NCBI RefSeq assembly: GCF_964355755.1
Contig: NC_092674.1
Coordinates: 8,866,001-8,930,000, forward strand
Length of the DNA stretch: 64,000 bases
From: Antedon mediterranea
Taxonomy: Eukaryota; Animalia; Echinodermata
Direction of reading: 5' to 3'
Of the stretch, positions 39,401 through 52,879 are shown in pieces. Numbering within the stretch: position 1 is the stretch's first letter; every line of letters starts with the position of its first letter. The notes under the pieces are model-generated. The model was not told the origin of the DNA. It saw nothing but the letters and a program-made list of their open reading frames with translations, and searched no databases. The position numbers and the translations under genes are program-made.

Positions 39401-42400
39401 CACGGAAAAATAATGTTAAAGAAACACACATAAAAACACAGCTTAAAGTGGAAATATAAACACCAATTTGGTCTCTGTTTAGGTTGATGCCCCATGTGTA
39501 CATGGCGTAAACAAACTAACTCTCTCTCTTCCCTTCTTAGCATTTTTATTTTGTATATATTCACTTCAACTTTTTACAGAATCAATTATGCTTCTTTAGT
39601 GTACTAAAGATTTCTGACAGTGTGCATTCTAAAATGTTACAACTACCTTTTTATTATTCAGAATTTTAGATGGGAATTTTATGTTCTTGTTACTTCACAT
39701 AAACATCAAAAACTGTCAAACATGCTGGCTAGTCACTAAAATTCCACCAAAAAAAAACACCATTAATGTTTTACAGTAATATTTTGTATATAGTTGTTAT
39801 TCATTTCATGCAATTTTAATAGTAATTTAATTTTTCTTTTATTTTTATGAACAATTTACTAAATAAAAAATAAGTGTACTGCAGCTTGCCAACAATGTAA
39901 TAAATCAAGCACTCGGAAATTGAGTGAAATAACTCTGGCAAAATGCAGAGTGACAGAGGACTCATATTGAAGATAAGGATATTAAGAGCCATTGTCTGTA
40001 AGAATCAAAGAAATATCAAAAAGAGTGGCAGACTCAAAAAAATGGATTTCTTTCAAATTTTGCACATGGCTATATATGTGTTGAGAGAAATCAGATATGA
40101 AGTATTTTTTATTTCACACGTATATTTCCATGGCAACGGCCAAATTTGTGTTTTTGACAAATTTTGTCCTTTTTTAAGGTTTTTTAAAATGGATATTGGT
40201 ACTACTTTGATGAACGATATTTTTGTGTTGTTCATTTAATTATAAAAAATAATTAGTGTATGCATAATAACAATGCATTGTGTACCTGTTTTAAATTTTT
40301 TTATTTTTTTTTATTTCATACCTTGGGAGATACCATTTATTTAAAAAGGGGTGTTTTTCACGTTTTTTAAATTGTTCAATGCAACTAAACTTTACTTCAC
40401 CATAACGCCCAAAGTGGTGTATTTTTTTAGCTGATTTATTACAAATAGGTAGTTCTAATGTTTAATAATTGATTTCTAAAATAAAATACTGGGGTAAATT
40501 TAAAATCTACAAGCAGTGTTGCGAGAAACATAGGCATTTTTATAAAAAAAAAAACATGGTATATTAGTAAAAACATTTTATTTTCTTTGATTATTTGATT
40601 TGAAACTCATTGGTCAGAAAAATTCTTAATGTTTTATATAGTTCTAGTTGTGTTGTGAGAAAAAAAAATTATTTTTAATTATAGATTCTGTAATTCCCAG
40701 TTTTAATGTCATTTTATAGGTTATATCCTCGGGAAATTTGAATAAATTATCAGATCGTTGTGAATTTTAATCTTTGCAACAGATTACTCCTCTCTTATTT
40801 TGAAGCTCCTCTTTCATTTGTTTACTTCTTTTATTTGCTAACCTAAGCAGATCCCACATGCCCATCCACCACCACTTTCGACTACCACCCCCCCCCCCCC
40901 CACCCCGACCAACTATAACCACAAAAAGATAAACTGCAAGTTTTTAGACCCTCGCCTTCAACCCCCTAACTATTTAAAAGTCCTGGATCCACCACTTTTC
41001 CCTCCCCAAAATAGAACCAATCAAAAGTCAATGATATACTCAGGTATGTTAATGCTACATAACAAATATTGAAGCCCTGATTTGAAATTTCATTTCATTT
41101 AAGGTCAGCATGTAAAATATCACACTTTATTATTAAATATTGGTTTTAAATTCTATATTTTTTTTACTGTGATGGTTGGATTCAGTATTAATTATTAATT
41201 AATAATTATCTGATAATTATTTAATTTCCCTTAGTTATGCATAGCAACAGTTACTATGGTAACTAAAAATGAGATATTCTTTAGATTTTGCATATTTATC
41301 TCATACAAATTTAAATTTGTAGATTATTAGCAGGCATGCCTTATTTGCATTTTCAAATTACCGTTTCACAAGGTCATATTCGTAAGCACTTTCTTCTGTG
41401 ATTATTTTTATTCATGAAAACCCCATATTTTATTTACAGCGGCCACCTCCCTTAACGGACGCACTTTGAAAAGCCTGTTTGTTCTTCCTATCTAATTAGT
41501 GCATTTGGTGCTTACCGTTAGCAGCTGCGGGCACCTTTTTATACAAAAAATGAGATTTTTTGTAAGCGGCCAATCGAAAAATGCGATACTTATTGCATGG
41601 ACCTATGAATTAGAGGTGCATGTATATTGTATTTCTTTATATATTAGCTTTATTTTGAAGAGGTTTTAAAAACATTACTGTGAAGAGATGAGAAAACTAC
41701 ACAGATTTTGACCGACCATTTTTCATATAATAAAAGTTTTTAAAATTTGTCTGAAAATGCTAAAAAATACTAAACCACCTGATTATAAATAATAATAGGC
41801 CTACAATTAGCTGGAAAATTGAGAGGCTCGTTTCGTTAAGAATATCGTATATAGCCATAATAAGTGATTTTGGCCCTTTATCGGCAGAACCTCCCGTAAG
41901 GGGTCACCGCCCGTAAGCGGCCACTTTTCCAGCTCCCGAGGGTGGCCACTTACGGGAGGTTCAACTGTATTTAAAAACACAATTATCCTTAGTTATGCAT
42001 AGAAACAGGTTCTAAGATAACATAAATAATACATTTTGACATAACTCGACCCAACAAATGACCCTTTCACAAGGTCAGACATTTTCTGGGATTCAGTAGA
42101 TAAGTAAATTTGGGAAAAGGTAGTAAAGCTATGTAATCAATTGTTTGTAGTCATGAAACCCCATATTAAAAATATTGTATTAGTTACGTATAACAGTTGC
42201 TACAATACACTATAGGTAAAATGTTGATGTCATTTGACCTCAATATGTAAACAATTTTTTTTTTCATGAAACTCCATATTTAATTTTTTTTTTTAATATC
42301 ATTTGTTACGTAAACAGGTTTAAGATAACACTAAAGGTCATTTTTTTTACCCAAGACTTTCTTTCTGAGATTATTAGGATTCAGTATTTAAAGTAAATTT

Positions 42401-45400
42401 GGCAAAAAGTAGAAATGTAATTTGTAAAACTATGTAGAAAAAATGTTTTGTATTTATGAAAAACCCCTTATTTTTTTTGAAATTTTCGCATAGAAACAGT
42501 TACTAGGGTAAAATGTTGACCTCAAAATGAATGAATTTACAAGGTCAAGTTTGTCATTAATGGAATGCAGTAGAAGTAAAATTGAGAAAAATTACAAATG
42601 CAATCAATAATTCTTTGTATTTATAAAAACGCCATTTTTTACGTTTAAAAAAAAATTACTTTCCTTAGTTACACATAGAAATGGTTGCTAAGGTAACACT
42701 ATAGGTAAAATAAGAAAATTTTTGAGAATTGTTATGAACTATCTTGTAAATTTTGATCAAACATTAATAGTTGTAGTAAAGTGTCCTGTTTTGCATTCTG
42801 ACCCCTTTTGACCTCAAATGACCTATTTACAAGGTCAGATTTTTTGGGAGGTCTTTCTGTATCTCTTTACACAAAATAGATTTAAAAATTTATAAAAACC
42901 ATTGACGCAATTATTTCCAAGTTTAACATTATTTTCCATCAATTACATATTTCAATGCAAAATACTGTTTTTCTGGCAATTAATTGAAATAAACCTGGCA
43001 ACACATTCTCCTATTTTATCTAAAATATTCGTATGACTCTAGTAGCATTATGAGAAGCCACATATACATTTTATTATTGGATTAGCCATATTTAAATTGT
43101 GTTTCATGTGTTTTGTTTGTTGATATCATTGTTATATTTTTTGTATTTTTCGTATTTTCCTGGCAACACAAAACCTATGTACGAAATTTACCCCAGTATT
43201 TTTTTTGTGATTATTGTTGACAAACCTATTGACTATCAAATTAAAAAACCTCATTGATTTAAAAACACCACTTTGGAAGTTATAGGTACGTTTATGAGGT
43301 ATACTTTTATAAAAAAATATTTTTTAAAAACACCCCTTTTTAAAATAATGGTATCAACCAAACTCCATTTTGTAATTTATTTTTTTTCTACATTAAATGG
43401 AACTCAATACATGTTGTTTACACTGCTATAAACAAAAACTGTATACTGTAAGTATTTTTGGTTAAAATAAGTATACAAGTTTGTACATTTTCACTATAGA
43501 AAATCTTTGAAAAATGGCAAAAACATCTAAATTTGGATAATTGACCGTTGTCATGGCAACGGAGGCTAAAAATTGAAATGAATGTTGTAGATATGCTTTT
43601 TATTGAAATGTCTATTCATGGTAAAAATTTGAGAGAAATCCATTTTTTTACATCTGCCACCAAATCTTTGATTTTTACAGACAATGGCTCTTAATATGCT
43701 TTTGTGACACCAACACCAAATGGCTCTTTTCTTTAAAATAAGCAATTCGTATTTTGCGTTTATGGTACATTATCTGAAATAAAAGAAATTATGGACAAAC
43801 ATACATACAAAGCAGAGATCGTAAGAGTATGGTATCAAACAGTAAGGATTGAACCCAGAATTAGGGTCATGTGTCATATCCACCCAAATACTGTAGAACA
43901 TCGATAAGCAAAACTGTCAATTACACAATAATGCACCCAGTGTTAAATCCATATGTTTATACAGTATCTCTATCATAGTCGTCCACTCCATTAGGACCTA
44001 GAAAATTCAATTATCATTGATGATTCCATTTATCTGCAGGCTCCAGAAGCAATGATGGACGATGCCGTAGTGCTTCGGGCCGAACATGTGATCGATGTCC
44101 TTAAATCATGTGCGGACTTCTCGCACGTTTTATACTAATTCCTGACCCAAGTTCATTTATCCGGGAGCGCAATAAATTTAACTACTCGGTATCATCTTAA
44201 CAGCTGAGAAAATAATTTAGCACTAAGTGTCTGCGATGATAAGTTTCTATTGTACACTGTAAATCTCTCATTCTGGTCATAATTAATTCTGAGCTGAGCT
44301 AAATGAGTGAATGAATCCATTAAGAGAGTATTTTGACTCAATTCACAAATGTACTACCAATTTTTTTTTTCTGTCAACCTAGATTCAAGAACATTGTAAA
44401 CTTTTCTTTTTTTCATTTTCAACTTAAACTCTTTATTATTTTCTCTAAACACGATCCACTAATATTTTTATACCATTTTGACTTATGAATAATTGTCTTA
44501 TTGGAGTGCTTAATTTTCAGAGGCTCTTCTTATGGATATGATAGGTGTAACCAACCTGTTTGTTTGACTAGCCTATTGGGCAGAAATGATAAGGATTGGC
44601 TAGTATAGTTGCTACTAGACGTTGCATATGGGCTAGTAGTAAACCTTGCAAACAACTTAAATTAAATTAAATTAAAATAATAATAAATGGCAAATAAACT
44701 AAATGAGTTAGGTTTGCAGTACATCATGTGTTTCCAAAAGAAAGTATGGTTGAGAATGAAGGTTGTCATTTTCAGTACTTTTTTTCATTTTTTTTTTTCC
44801 AGCATTCTTATTCAACATTCATATTAAAGTCATTTATCTTTGTAACCATAACAAATCCCATATTTTTATCTATCTACCATTCATATTCCAAATATACCTA
44901 TATTAATTTGATTACCTCATGATTTCATCCACCAACACTGCTAATTTTATCCTAATGAAGAAATACATCTCTGCATCTCTTAGAACATACATCTAAATCA
45001 TAATAAGATTAGGGATAATTTGAAAATTGCATTGTATCTGCCGGAGAATTGTACATTTGTACGTGGGCTGAAAAAACACAATTACCAAACGAAGTATTGA
45101 TTGCGAAAGAACAAAAAACGTTTCAGGGTTGAACACGATATAAAACATTCCAGTCACATGTCGAAAAGCTAGAATGAGAGGCAACTTTTTTCGTTATTGT
45201 TAGTGATGGCCAGATCCTTTGCTTTTAAATTATTACTATGGATGTTAAAGTTGGTCCTGGTTAAATAAACTGAATGGAAAAGATTTAAAATAAAATTACC
45301 CTACAGTCCTATAGTACTTCTATGCAGCACAACTATACAAACAAGAATCTATAAAATGTATGAATTTTATGCCTTTTGGATGTATTTTATACTATTTTTA

Positions 45401-48400
45401 TCTTCTTATTTTAGTGTTTTGTATAATTTTGTCTTGTTTTGCCCTGCATATGATTGGTCATCCAAGTTGTGAGCTGAGATCTTGGTTACATTATGTTTTT
45501 TTATTTGAATAAAGGATGATTTTTTTTTTTACTTGTTTGGGAAAAAATGATATTCAAAATCATTTTGATCGTAATGATTGCATTAATTTAAAATTACCAA
45601 TAAGTTTAATGCGAAAAACATAAATAATTATGCACATGGAACGTCCACACGCTACTGAATTTGTGCCAAGAAATATTGAGTCTCTTTATATTTATAATTT
45701 AACTTTTTTTTTTGTGTAATTTTTAAGACCACATTATTTTCAAGGCTCATCCTGAGTTTGTATGTTTCCATTTCATCTTTTAATTGTCTTACATTTTTGC
45801 GCGTGTTTTTGATGAAATAAATAAAAAATATTTAATTTGATATTGTTTAAGGAATGAGTACTCTAAATTATGGGTACAATCTTATAATTAATTAAAAGAT
45901 TCTATGTATGCAGTCAGGAATGAACAATAAATTTAATTAAATTACTTGTTTTATTCCATATTTATGACCGATTGTCACAGTTGGATAAACACCACAGAAA
46001 ATATAATATTCCATTTCAATCATCACAAAATATAAAACACTCAAATAAGTGTCAGTCTCAATTCACTTCAATGTTTTATTTAAATGTGTAGACGCTACAA
46101 ATGTCAGTCACGGTGGTTTTTAACTCGGACGATATTGTTGGGGTCATACCATTTTTTAAATATCAACAGTGTTACGACTTATTATAGAACCAAAAGAATA
46201 TTATATATTTATTTTAAGTTAAAATATTTTATGTTTCAGCCATTTAATTTTGAATTTTTATATTACACCACATTAAAAAAAATTGTTAAATCCTTTTTGT
46301 ATATCATAATTGGTTGCTGGTATAAATATCTAGGGAATATTATTAAATATGAATACCTTGTATAATATTTTTCTAGTTCCCCTTATCCATAATTTCCAAA
46401 AAAAAAAAAAAGGTTTTGGGTAAAAAACGAAGAAATAAAGTTTGTTGGTTATATTCTAAAGTTTCTTACTTTTTTTTTAACAATAAATTCATTTTTTTAA
46501 CGAGCAAATAAATGCAATTAGTACGGTGGTAAACGCGCATAATTTAACCATTTTACATTACCCATTAAACTTATTATTAGTCATTGTAGACGATTATTCC
46601 TCAATCAAATTGTTCTTATTTCTGATTTGCTAGGGTAATATTATACAAATTTCTATACCTGAAACTACTAGTACTAGTAGTAATGTGTCACATTGCTATT
46701 TTCTAACAAAAAGGGTTTTAATTATACCGATTTGCTATTTGTTCAACTATTCTTATAGCATAACAACAATTAGGCAATTTCACATAACTTTCTGAGAAAT
46801 ATGCTAACTTAAAAAAAATTGCTTGGAATTAAAAATCCAACAAATTTATACAGAAACTAAAGTAGCAGACTTGGATTGCCTAAAGGTAAAAACCTTACCA
46901 GACTGAATTTTTCGGTATAGTCGTGGCCAATAGGTGGCAAAAGGTATGTAATTACCTGTAAGTTGTTAGTCTTTCTTGGCCTAAAAGCAGATAAGATCCG
47001 GCCTAGAAGATTGGATACTGCCAATTGCAGACTACAAGTTTGTCGATAACTATGAAACACCGCTCAACAAATTCTCTCACATAATTGACTGTAAATGAAA
47101 AGCACTGCTCACCTTGGAGAAAAGGTAAAAGGTCAAGATCTAGCGATGACCTTTACATCTGCCAGCACTCATCAAGATGTCATCGGTTGCCTAGGTAACA
47201 ATGTGCTGATGAATCAACTTTAACCACATTAAATTTACTTACCATAACATAATATTAAATGAACAGATCTTCAATCTAAAACTAGGTGAACTTTACATAC
47301 ATTAAAGACAATGTTTAAAATGGAATAGTCCAAATATGCTCGTTTATAATTTATATTTAGTAGCTACATGTGATAGACCAGCCAGTCTCAACTGTGATTT
47401 AAGATGACTTGTATACGATATAGATAAAATATCATTACATTTATTGCAACATTTCAAACTTGATTTTAAACGATCAATATTGTATGAACAATAAATAAAT
47501 TCAAGATACAAAAACGGTAGCATTAAATCAAATCTAGTAACGTTTGATTTGGTTCATGTCGACAATTAATATACAGTTTAGAATATCCATAAATGTATTA
47601 ATACTATTAAATTTAATAAATCAATATTCTATGTATAGTAAATATAATTTGTATGGAACACTTACATACAAATGTATGTTAAAGTGCAACATATGAATTG
47701 ATATATTGAGAATCATAATTTATTGTACAAGATATGACTTGCACTTTTTCATAGTGAACCATAACATAGTTCAGTCAACATTCTAATCATTTATCACCTT
47801 CTTCGGAGAACTCTTATAATTTTAAACTTCATTTAAAAATTAATTTCAATACTATAAATCAATCTAAAACACCTAATACCTACTAAACTTTATAAGATAA
47901 CTTTTGAGTACAAACTTGTATACAAGGATTTTAATATTACTTAATGTTATAGAAAATAAGACATAATTATAGGATGGGAAAACTAGAGTCCAAAGATAAA
48001 AAAAAAAGACTAAACTGATATGGTCATCTAATATAAAGACACCCGCAAAAACTAGAGGAAGATAAACAAGAAAATAACTCGACAAAAACGATACAGATGA
48101 CTTGAAAACAGCACTAACACTGGCCCACTTCAGACACACCTGGCCCATGACAAGAATAAATAAATTGCACAAAATACAAGACAATGAAGAGTATTGATAA
48201 TATTAATAATTTTAATGGTTTTTTTTTCGCCCAACTCAAGATTATTCTTAGCCCTGTAGCTATTCAGACCTTGATTTAAAAAGAGCGCCATGGCGCTGAC
48301 GCTCCTTGGCGCTCCTTGGCGCTCCTGAAAACGACCAAAGGAGCGCCTAAAATAGCGCTCCCCAACCTGTTACAGTGCGTCATAAAAATATATATAATGA

Positions 48401-51400
48401 TAAGAATATTAACCCCGAATACAACACACAGTCTATATAATAGTCGCGCAAACGATCTTTGTTATGGCTACCCCCGATAGGCTATTCGCGCCTACGATCT
48501 TTGATGTTGCGAGAAAAATATCGTAAACAATTCATTCTAAATATAGTATCAGAACGTTCAATCGGTAGCTCAAAAAGACTGCCGTCAGAAGACCGTAATA
48601 ATACAGACCTAGTTTTTTTGGTCACATGGCATGAAACGCGATACTCTCTGCTTTACCGCAACATCTCACATGTTTTTTTTTTTTAACTCAGTATGTGAGG
48701 GTGGCTGCCGACGATAAACAGTAATTAAGATCGTGTACCTGGATTTTGTGTCACATGACATGAAACATAATACTCTCTCTGATCTTTATAATAACTGCTC
48801 ACATGTTTTCCCCTCCAAATTCTGGTCGGGCCTTTTCTTATACACATGTCGCCTTTATTTTAAATCTTATAGTAATTAATATGGAATATATATTTATTTT
48901 GCATATATTTTGTTGGTGTCCTAGCCTAGGTGTCGTTGTTTTTATAATTCGCTAACCCAAGGTAGGATTAAATAATTTATAGTGTAGGCCGCCGAAACTA
49001 GACTAGATAGATAGCCTCGACTCTCTCTCTCAGACTCTGCGTGAGCTGAGAGGTCCACTGACCCGATGTCGTCTCGTTGGCGGATTTCCGTCCAAATTAG
49101 GATAACCGATGCGTAGGCCTAGCTAGGGTGGCTACTATCTTTTGATAGGATTTTAATTAGCAAACAATACATTGTTTGTTTGCATTGTCCATGCTTCAAA
49201 AGGCGATGACAATGGTGTTTACTAACCCTACGAACCACCCTACGATCGACGCATAGATAATTATCATAACAATACATCGTAGACTACGTTCAGAGAACAA
49301 TGACCTACGATGAATTTTACGTGCGAGAGTACCATTTCCGGCCATCTAGAGGTGTCATTTATCAAAATTCGGCTCGCCACAGGCCCAACCATGGTGGGCC
49401 TGTGCCTCGAATACTTAATCAAAATAATGGCTCTCCTCAACATATTTAGGAGAGCCATTAGGAGCTCTCCTCTTATATTTATAAATCAAGGTCTGAATTC
49501 ATTTTTTTAAAACTAATAAATCGATCTTTTAAATGGAATTATATATTCAAAACTTTTAATGTGTATATTTCTATCCATGGCTACTGCAAGACAATTGATA
49601 AATTAATGATTCTAAAAAAAGAATACGAGACATTATTCATTATGTTTCAACTTGCATCTATTATTAATTACTAAACAAGATTTGAATTAAACTAATTTTG
49701 TTTAATCTTGTTGGATACAAACCACATTATTTTCATCCATAATTTAACTATCGACACAATCAGTAAAACACTAAAACTATTGGTAATTCAAGTATGTTTG
49801 ATTTACAGTATAGTAAGACTGCATGATTTACAGTGTAGCCTGTAGAAGATAAATAGAGGGCGACATATAACACAACAATGTGATCAGAACATTGCATTTA
49901 AAAATCATTAGCAACAATCCATGGGGTTAGTAAACGTATGTCAAGAACTTGAAAGAGTAGTTGCATAGGCTTATAAATTTTATACAGTATATCCTTTGGT
50001 ATAATCCCACTTCAGTCCCCTGCCCCTTGAACACAAAATTGGGCCGACTTTGGGGGTGGGACTATACCCGGGGAGAGTCTGGTTCATAAAAAATTATCTG
50101 AACTGGCTAGAGAGAGGCCAGACCAAATGTCAATACTGGGATATGCCTGTTTGTGAAATAATAGACATATAGACATAACGTAGGATGTGGGATTAGACTC
50201 GAAGTGGGATTATACCGGAGGATATATGGCAATAGTTAGCAATGAAAAATCACCTAGTACTGTCAGTAGGCCCTACTGTCAGTGTCAGTACTTTAAACTC
50301 ACAGAGGACCTTTTTCGTAAAAAACTTAAATTGGTGATTATTCTTGTAACCTACTGTAACAGCAGGCATAGGTCAACTAAACTCAATTGGTCGACATCGG
50401 CAACAAAACGCAACTAAAGGCAACTTACAGGTGTGCAAAAAAAAGTATAGCATGTTTAAATGTTGACAAAAGTGATATTTATTTCTCTCTTTCAACTTTG
50501 AATTTAGTCACACATGCGGTATAAAGGGTCTTTTACGTCTGCTCCGCTCCAGCACTCCAGTTCAGGTTTGCGTCAGATTGTATGTTTTCACAGCGAGTCA
50601 TGTGACTACATGCGATTGAGTAAAAATATTGAAGCACCTGTTACACAAATTAATACACAAAAATTTAAGCTAAAAATGTACTACAAGATAATCACTTACC
50701 CTAAAATGTGGATGAGAGAGTATTCTTTGAAGTTCATGCGCTTCTGTGTTGCTCTGCGGAAGCCTCTGTAGCAAATCGGCCAGCTAATAGCAAATAAAAA
50801 ACAAGATTAACTTATAAACCTAAAAAGCCTTCTTAAATGTGGGTATATCAGCAATTTGCTACATTAAAACTTTGTAACAAGGGAAATAAATCTTCTTAAA
50901 TTACTAACATTGACTTTAAGCGGCTATAATTCTTGTTTTATTTTATGAGGAAGAATTATATTCTGTGTCACATACAAAGTTAATTGCTGCATTCTAATTA
51001 TCAAAGCAAGGTATAAGAACATCACAAATACCAAATAAATGCACACAGACATTGAAAATCATAACATATATTTCAACAAAATTTCTATCCTCTGACAATG
51101 CAGAGAAATATGATAGCGCCCTCTAGAATATTTTCTAGAATTTAGGAAAGGATGTTGCTGCTGAACTTTTATTTATGAATGTCAAGTCATTTAAAAAAAA
51201 GTATTTGCAGACTGAAATCTTAAAAGAAAAGGTTTCAATCAATTTTGGACTGGATACAAAATAATTAAGTCTTGTGCTTCATTTACAATTAATAATTGTG
51301 CTTAAAATTCTAGTAAGCTAGATTTAATTACTTTACTGTGTACCAAATACAATAGAATGAATGAAAGGATTATATATCCCCATGAATAGGTTTGGTCTAC

Positions 51401-52218
51401 CACAACATTAAAACATAACATTTAATTCGTGTTTGTTTAATGGGAAAGTGGGTGGGGGGAGGTAGGGGGTGGGGTGGGGGGAGGTAGGGTGTGGGTGAGA
51501 TGCCTCTTTATTTTTAATTCATATATTGTTAGATTAAGCCTTTTTTACTCAAAGCAACTGTTAAATGTTGTTTATGTATTTGTTCATGAATAAATTCAGG
51601 TTTAAAATCTGAGAGGGAGACATTCCTTCATGTAAAAACAATAGAGAGAATAAAATTGTATTGAATAGTTTAAATTTAAACAAACATCAGCATGCTTTTT
51701 GAAAGAAATAGACAATAATTATGATAGATAAAAATGTAATCTAAACTCAAGAGAACATTCCCTAAAGCTCTGTCTACACTATCAAACTTTATGTGCCCAT
51801 ATATGGACATGATGATGTCATATCACTACCATATTTAAGCATATTACTACCATATTTAGACACACACTTTTTTCCCCCAACTAGTTTGATAGTGTAGACA
51901 GAGAGCCTTATGCAAAAAAGCGATAGAATAAAGACCTTTTTGGAGAATTGAAGAAAATTTTACGAAATACTTTCCAATGGAATTAAAGCCTATGTAAGCA
52001 AGTTCATGAATGGGATGGACAATAATCGTGAAAGATAAAAGGTGTTGCTGCCATATAAACATCTTTAAAGTGAACACCCTTTTAATCCTAATATATACGT
52101 CCATAAAAAAAAACAACTCATTCTCACTTACCTCTCGTGTTCTCAAAGTCACATCGGACGGGATATTCTTTCGACTCGGTGGTTGATCTGTTGACTTTGT
52201 ATTTATTTTATCATATAA
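22222..52218 (-). CDS. CASK: Peripheral plasma membrane protein CASK (MAGUK; LIN-2/CAKI orthologue), 3' portion, 5'-incomplete in window
   Basis: Ten GT-AG exons in continuous frame: 52218-52132, 50783-50700, 34486-34283, 28758-28525, 25379-25180, 25005-24890, 24409-24248, 23616-23414, 22957-22874, 22401-22222 (1554 nt, 517 aa + TAA). Peptides [127 protein letters not shown] and terminal [10 protein letters not shown] are diagnostic of CASK. Confidence 0.97.
23231..23360. repeat. ~18-19 bp tandem repeat (TTAGACTGTACCATTATC)
   Basis: 7 imperfect units in a CASK intron. Confidence 0.8.
23995..24207 (-). mobile_element. tRNA-derived SINE relic
   Basis: Minus strand GTAGCGCAATG...GGACTACTGATCGTAAGATTGTGGGTTCTAATCC followed by CCTTAGGCAAGATACTT core. 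Confidence 0.65.
24890..25005 (-). CDS. CASK: CASK exon, HOOK region
   Basis: 116 nt, [38 protein letters not shown]. Confidence 0.95.
25180..25379 (-). CDS. CASK: CASK exon, SH3 domain
   Basis: 200 nt, [24 protein letters not shown]...KDDHNWWQA...[12 protein letters not shown]. Confidence 0.96.
27232..27839. mobile_element. Kolobok-like MITE (~610 bp)
   Basis: TTAA-AGACACTAGACCT...AGGTCTAGTGTCT TIRs; right TSD eroded. Confidence 0.7.
28525..28758 (-). CDS. CASK: CASK exon, PDZ domain
   Basis: 234 nt, [40 protein letters not shown]...[15 protein letters not shown]. Confidence 0.96.
28860..29099 (+). mobile_element. SINE 3' portion with L2-like tail
   Basis: Ends GAGCGCATAGAGACA...TGCGCTATATAAATCTAC(TTA)n, resembling L2-partnered SINE tails. 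Confidence 0.55.
29697..30048. mobile_element. AGCTCTGT-family MITE (reverse orientation) plus partial tandem duplicate
   Basis: AAGCTCTGTTTACACTATCAAAC...GTTTGATAGTGTAGACAAGGCT with two AAATATGGTAGTGATATG units; duplicated at ~29953-30048. Confidence 0.8.
30797..31744. mobile_element. AGCTCTGT-family MITE inflated to ~950 bp by an internal minisatellite
   Basis: TAAAGCTCTGTTTACAC...GTAGACAGAGCTTTA ends flank the 21-bp array. Confidence 0.88.
30864..31699. repeat. 21-bp minisatellite (CATATCACTACCATATTTAAG)n, about 40 nearly perfect units
   Basis: Direct reading; only two variant units seen (~31431, ~31600). Confidence 0.98.
34283..34486 (-). CDS. CASK: CASK exon, L27 end, proline-rich linker and PDZ start
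   Basis: 204 nt, [14 protein letters not shown]...[16 protein letters not shown]; canonical splice sites. Confidence 0.95.
35908..36437 (+). mobile_element. Helentron-associated non-autonomous element (HINE/DINE-like) inserted in a MITE
   Basis: Subterminal inverted repeats ACCTCCGCC (35915) / GGCGGAGGT (36403), 3' hairpin CACTCTCAGAGTG, TTTCTAGT end. Confidence 0.7.
38058..39328. mobile_element. hAT-like non-autonomous element (1.27 kb)
   Basis: TIRs CAGGGATGTCACCA / TGGTGACATCCCTG; TTACCC on both flanks; subterminal CCGACC/GGTCGG repeats. Confidence 0.85.
39986..43690. mobile_element. Non-autonomous Sola3-like DNA transposon, copy 2 (3.7 kb)
   Basis: Same termini as copy 1, TTAA TSD (39982-39985, 43691-43694); lacks the ~195-bp block at ~5575-5770 of copy 1. 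Confidence 0.88.
47186..47199. promoter_or_regulatory. RFX X-box-like motif in CASK intron
   Basis: GTTGCCTAGGTAAC fits the GTTNCC-(A/T)(T/A)-GGNAAC consensus; function not shown. Confidence 0.4.
48265..49495. mobile_element. hAT-like non-autonomous element (1.23 kb)
   Basis: TIRs CAGACCTTGATTTA / TAAATCAAGGTCTG; GGCGCTCC/GGAGAGCC subterminal repeats; TSD not preserved. Confidence 0.75.
49984..50229. mobile_element. pogo/Tigger-like MITE
   Basis: TATATCCTTTGGTATAATCCCACTTC versus GAAGTGGGATTATACCGGAGGATATA. Confidence 0.7.
50700..50783 (-). CDS. CASK: CASK exon, second L27 domain ([28 protein letters not shown])
   Basis: ctattag acceptor, gtaagt donor, 84 nt, phase 0-0; ELxxILxxPHF L27 motif continues into ALLQTHD. 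Confidence 0.92.
51763..51909. mobile_element. AGCTCTGT-family MITE with two 21-bp units
   Basis: AAGCTCTGTCTACACTATCAAAC...GTTTGATAGTGTAGACAGAG. Confidence 0.85.
52132..52218 (-). CDS. CASK: CASK exon, end of first L27 domain and linker ([29 protein letters not shown])
   Basis: cttacag acceptor, gtaagt donor, 87 nt, phase 0-0; resembles vertebrate [26 protein letters not shown]. Confidence 0.92.
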
Positions 52219-52879
52219 CTGTAAGATACAATGAGAAAAATTGTTTATAGCTTCTTTTTTCACATCGCCAAGAGTAGCCATTTTATAACACGTGTGTTTG
52301 GGTAAAGGGTAAAGCGACGACTAACAGTACTCTTGACTCATATAATGTGGAAGTTTGATTCATTGAAGGAAGAGAGCATTTCCCTCGAAAAACCGAGTCT
52401 GAATAAACCCTGTAGCAGACAGAATGTGACAGATAATTAGTAAGTGGGTTTATAGCATATAAAAATGGGTTATTGCAGATAAGGTGGGTTGTAAAGAATT
52501 TGGGTTATAGCATAGGCAAAAAACGAAGACATAATGATATACTACAGTACAGCAATACAAAGATAAAACTGGACAAATATGTATTTTTTTTATAGAAATT
52601 TTAAACAGTACATCCTTTTGCATCAATTAAAAATAATTGCATTGATTTCAAAGACAAAGAAGACAAAAAGAAAGTTCTTTAGGGCAAAGTGCAGAAATTC
52701 ACATCACAATTTTTAAGCAAACTAAAGCCTTTGAATTTTATACAAAATGTATGCAAAAATTGACATTTTCTATTTATATTTTACATCATACGTTTTATTT
52801 AGTGTATTAACTTACCATATTTTCCTTGATAAAGATATAATCAATAACAAAACATTGTAGTCTAGTTTGGGCAGAGATA

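Noticed and set aside
44040-44170. GC-richer island with ATGATG as a possible C/D snoRNA
   Set aside because: Imperfect C box, no terminal stem, and on the strand opposite the host transcript
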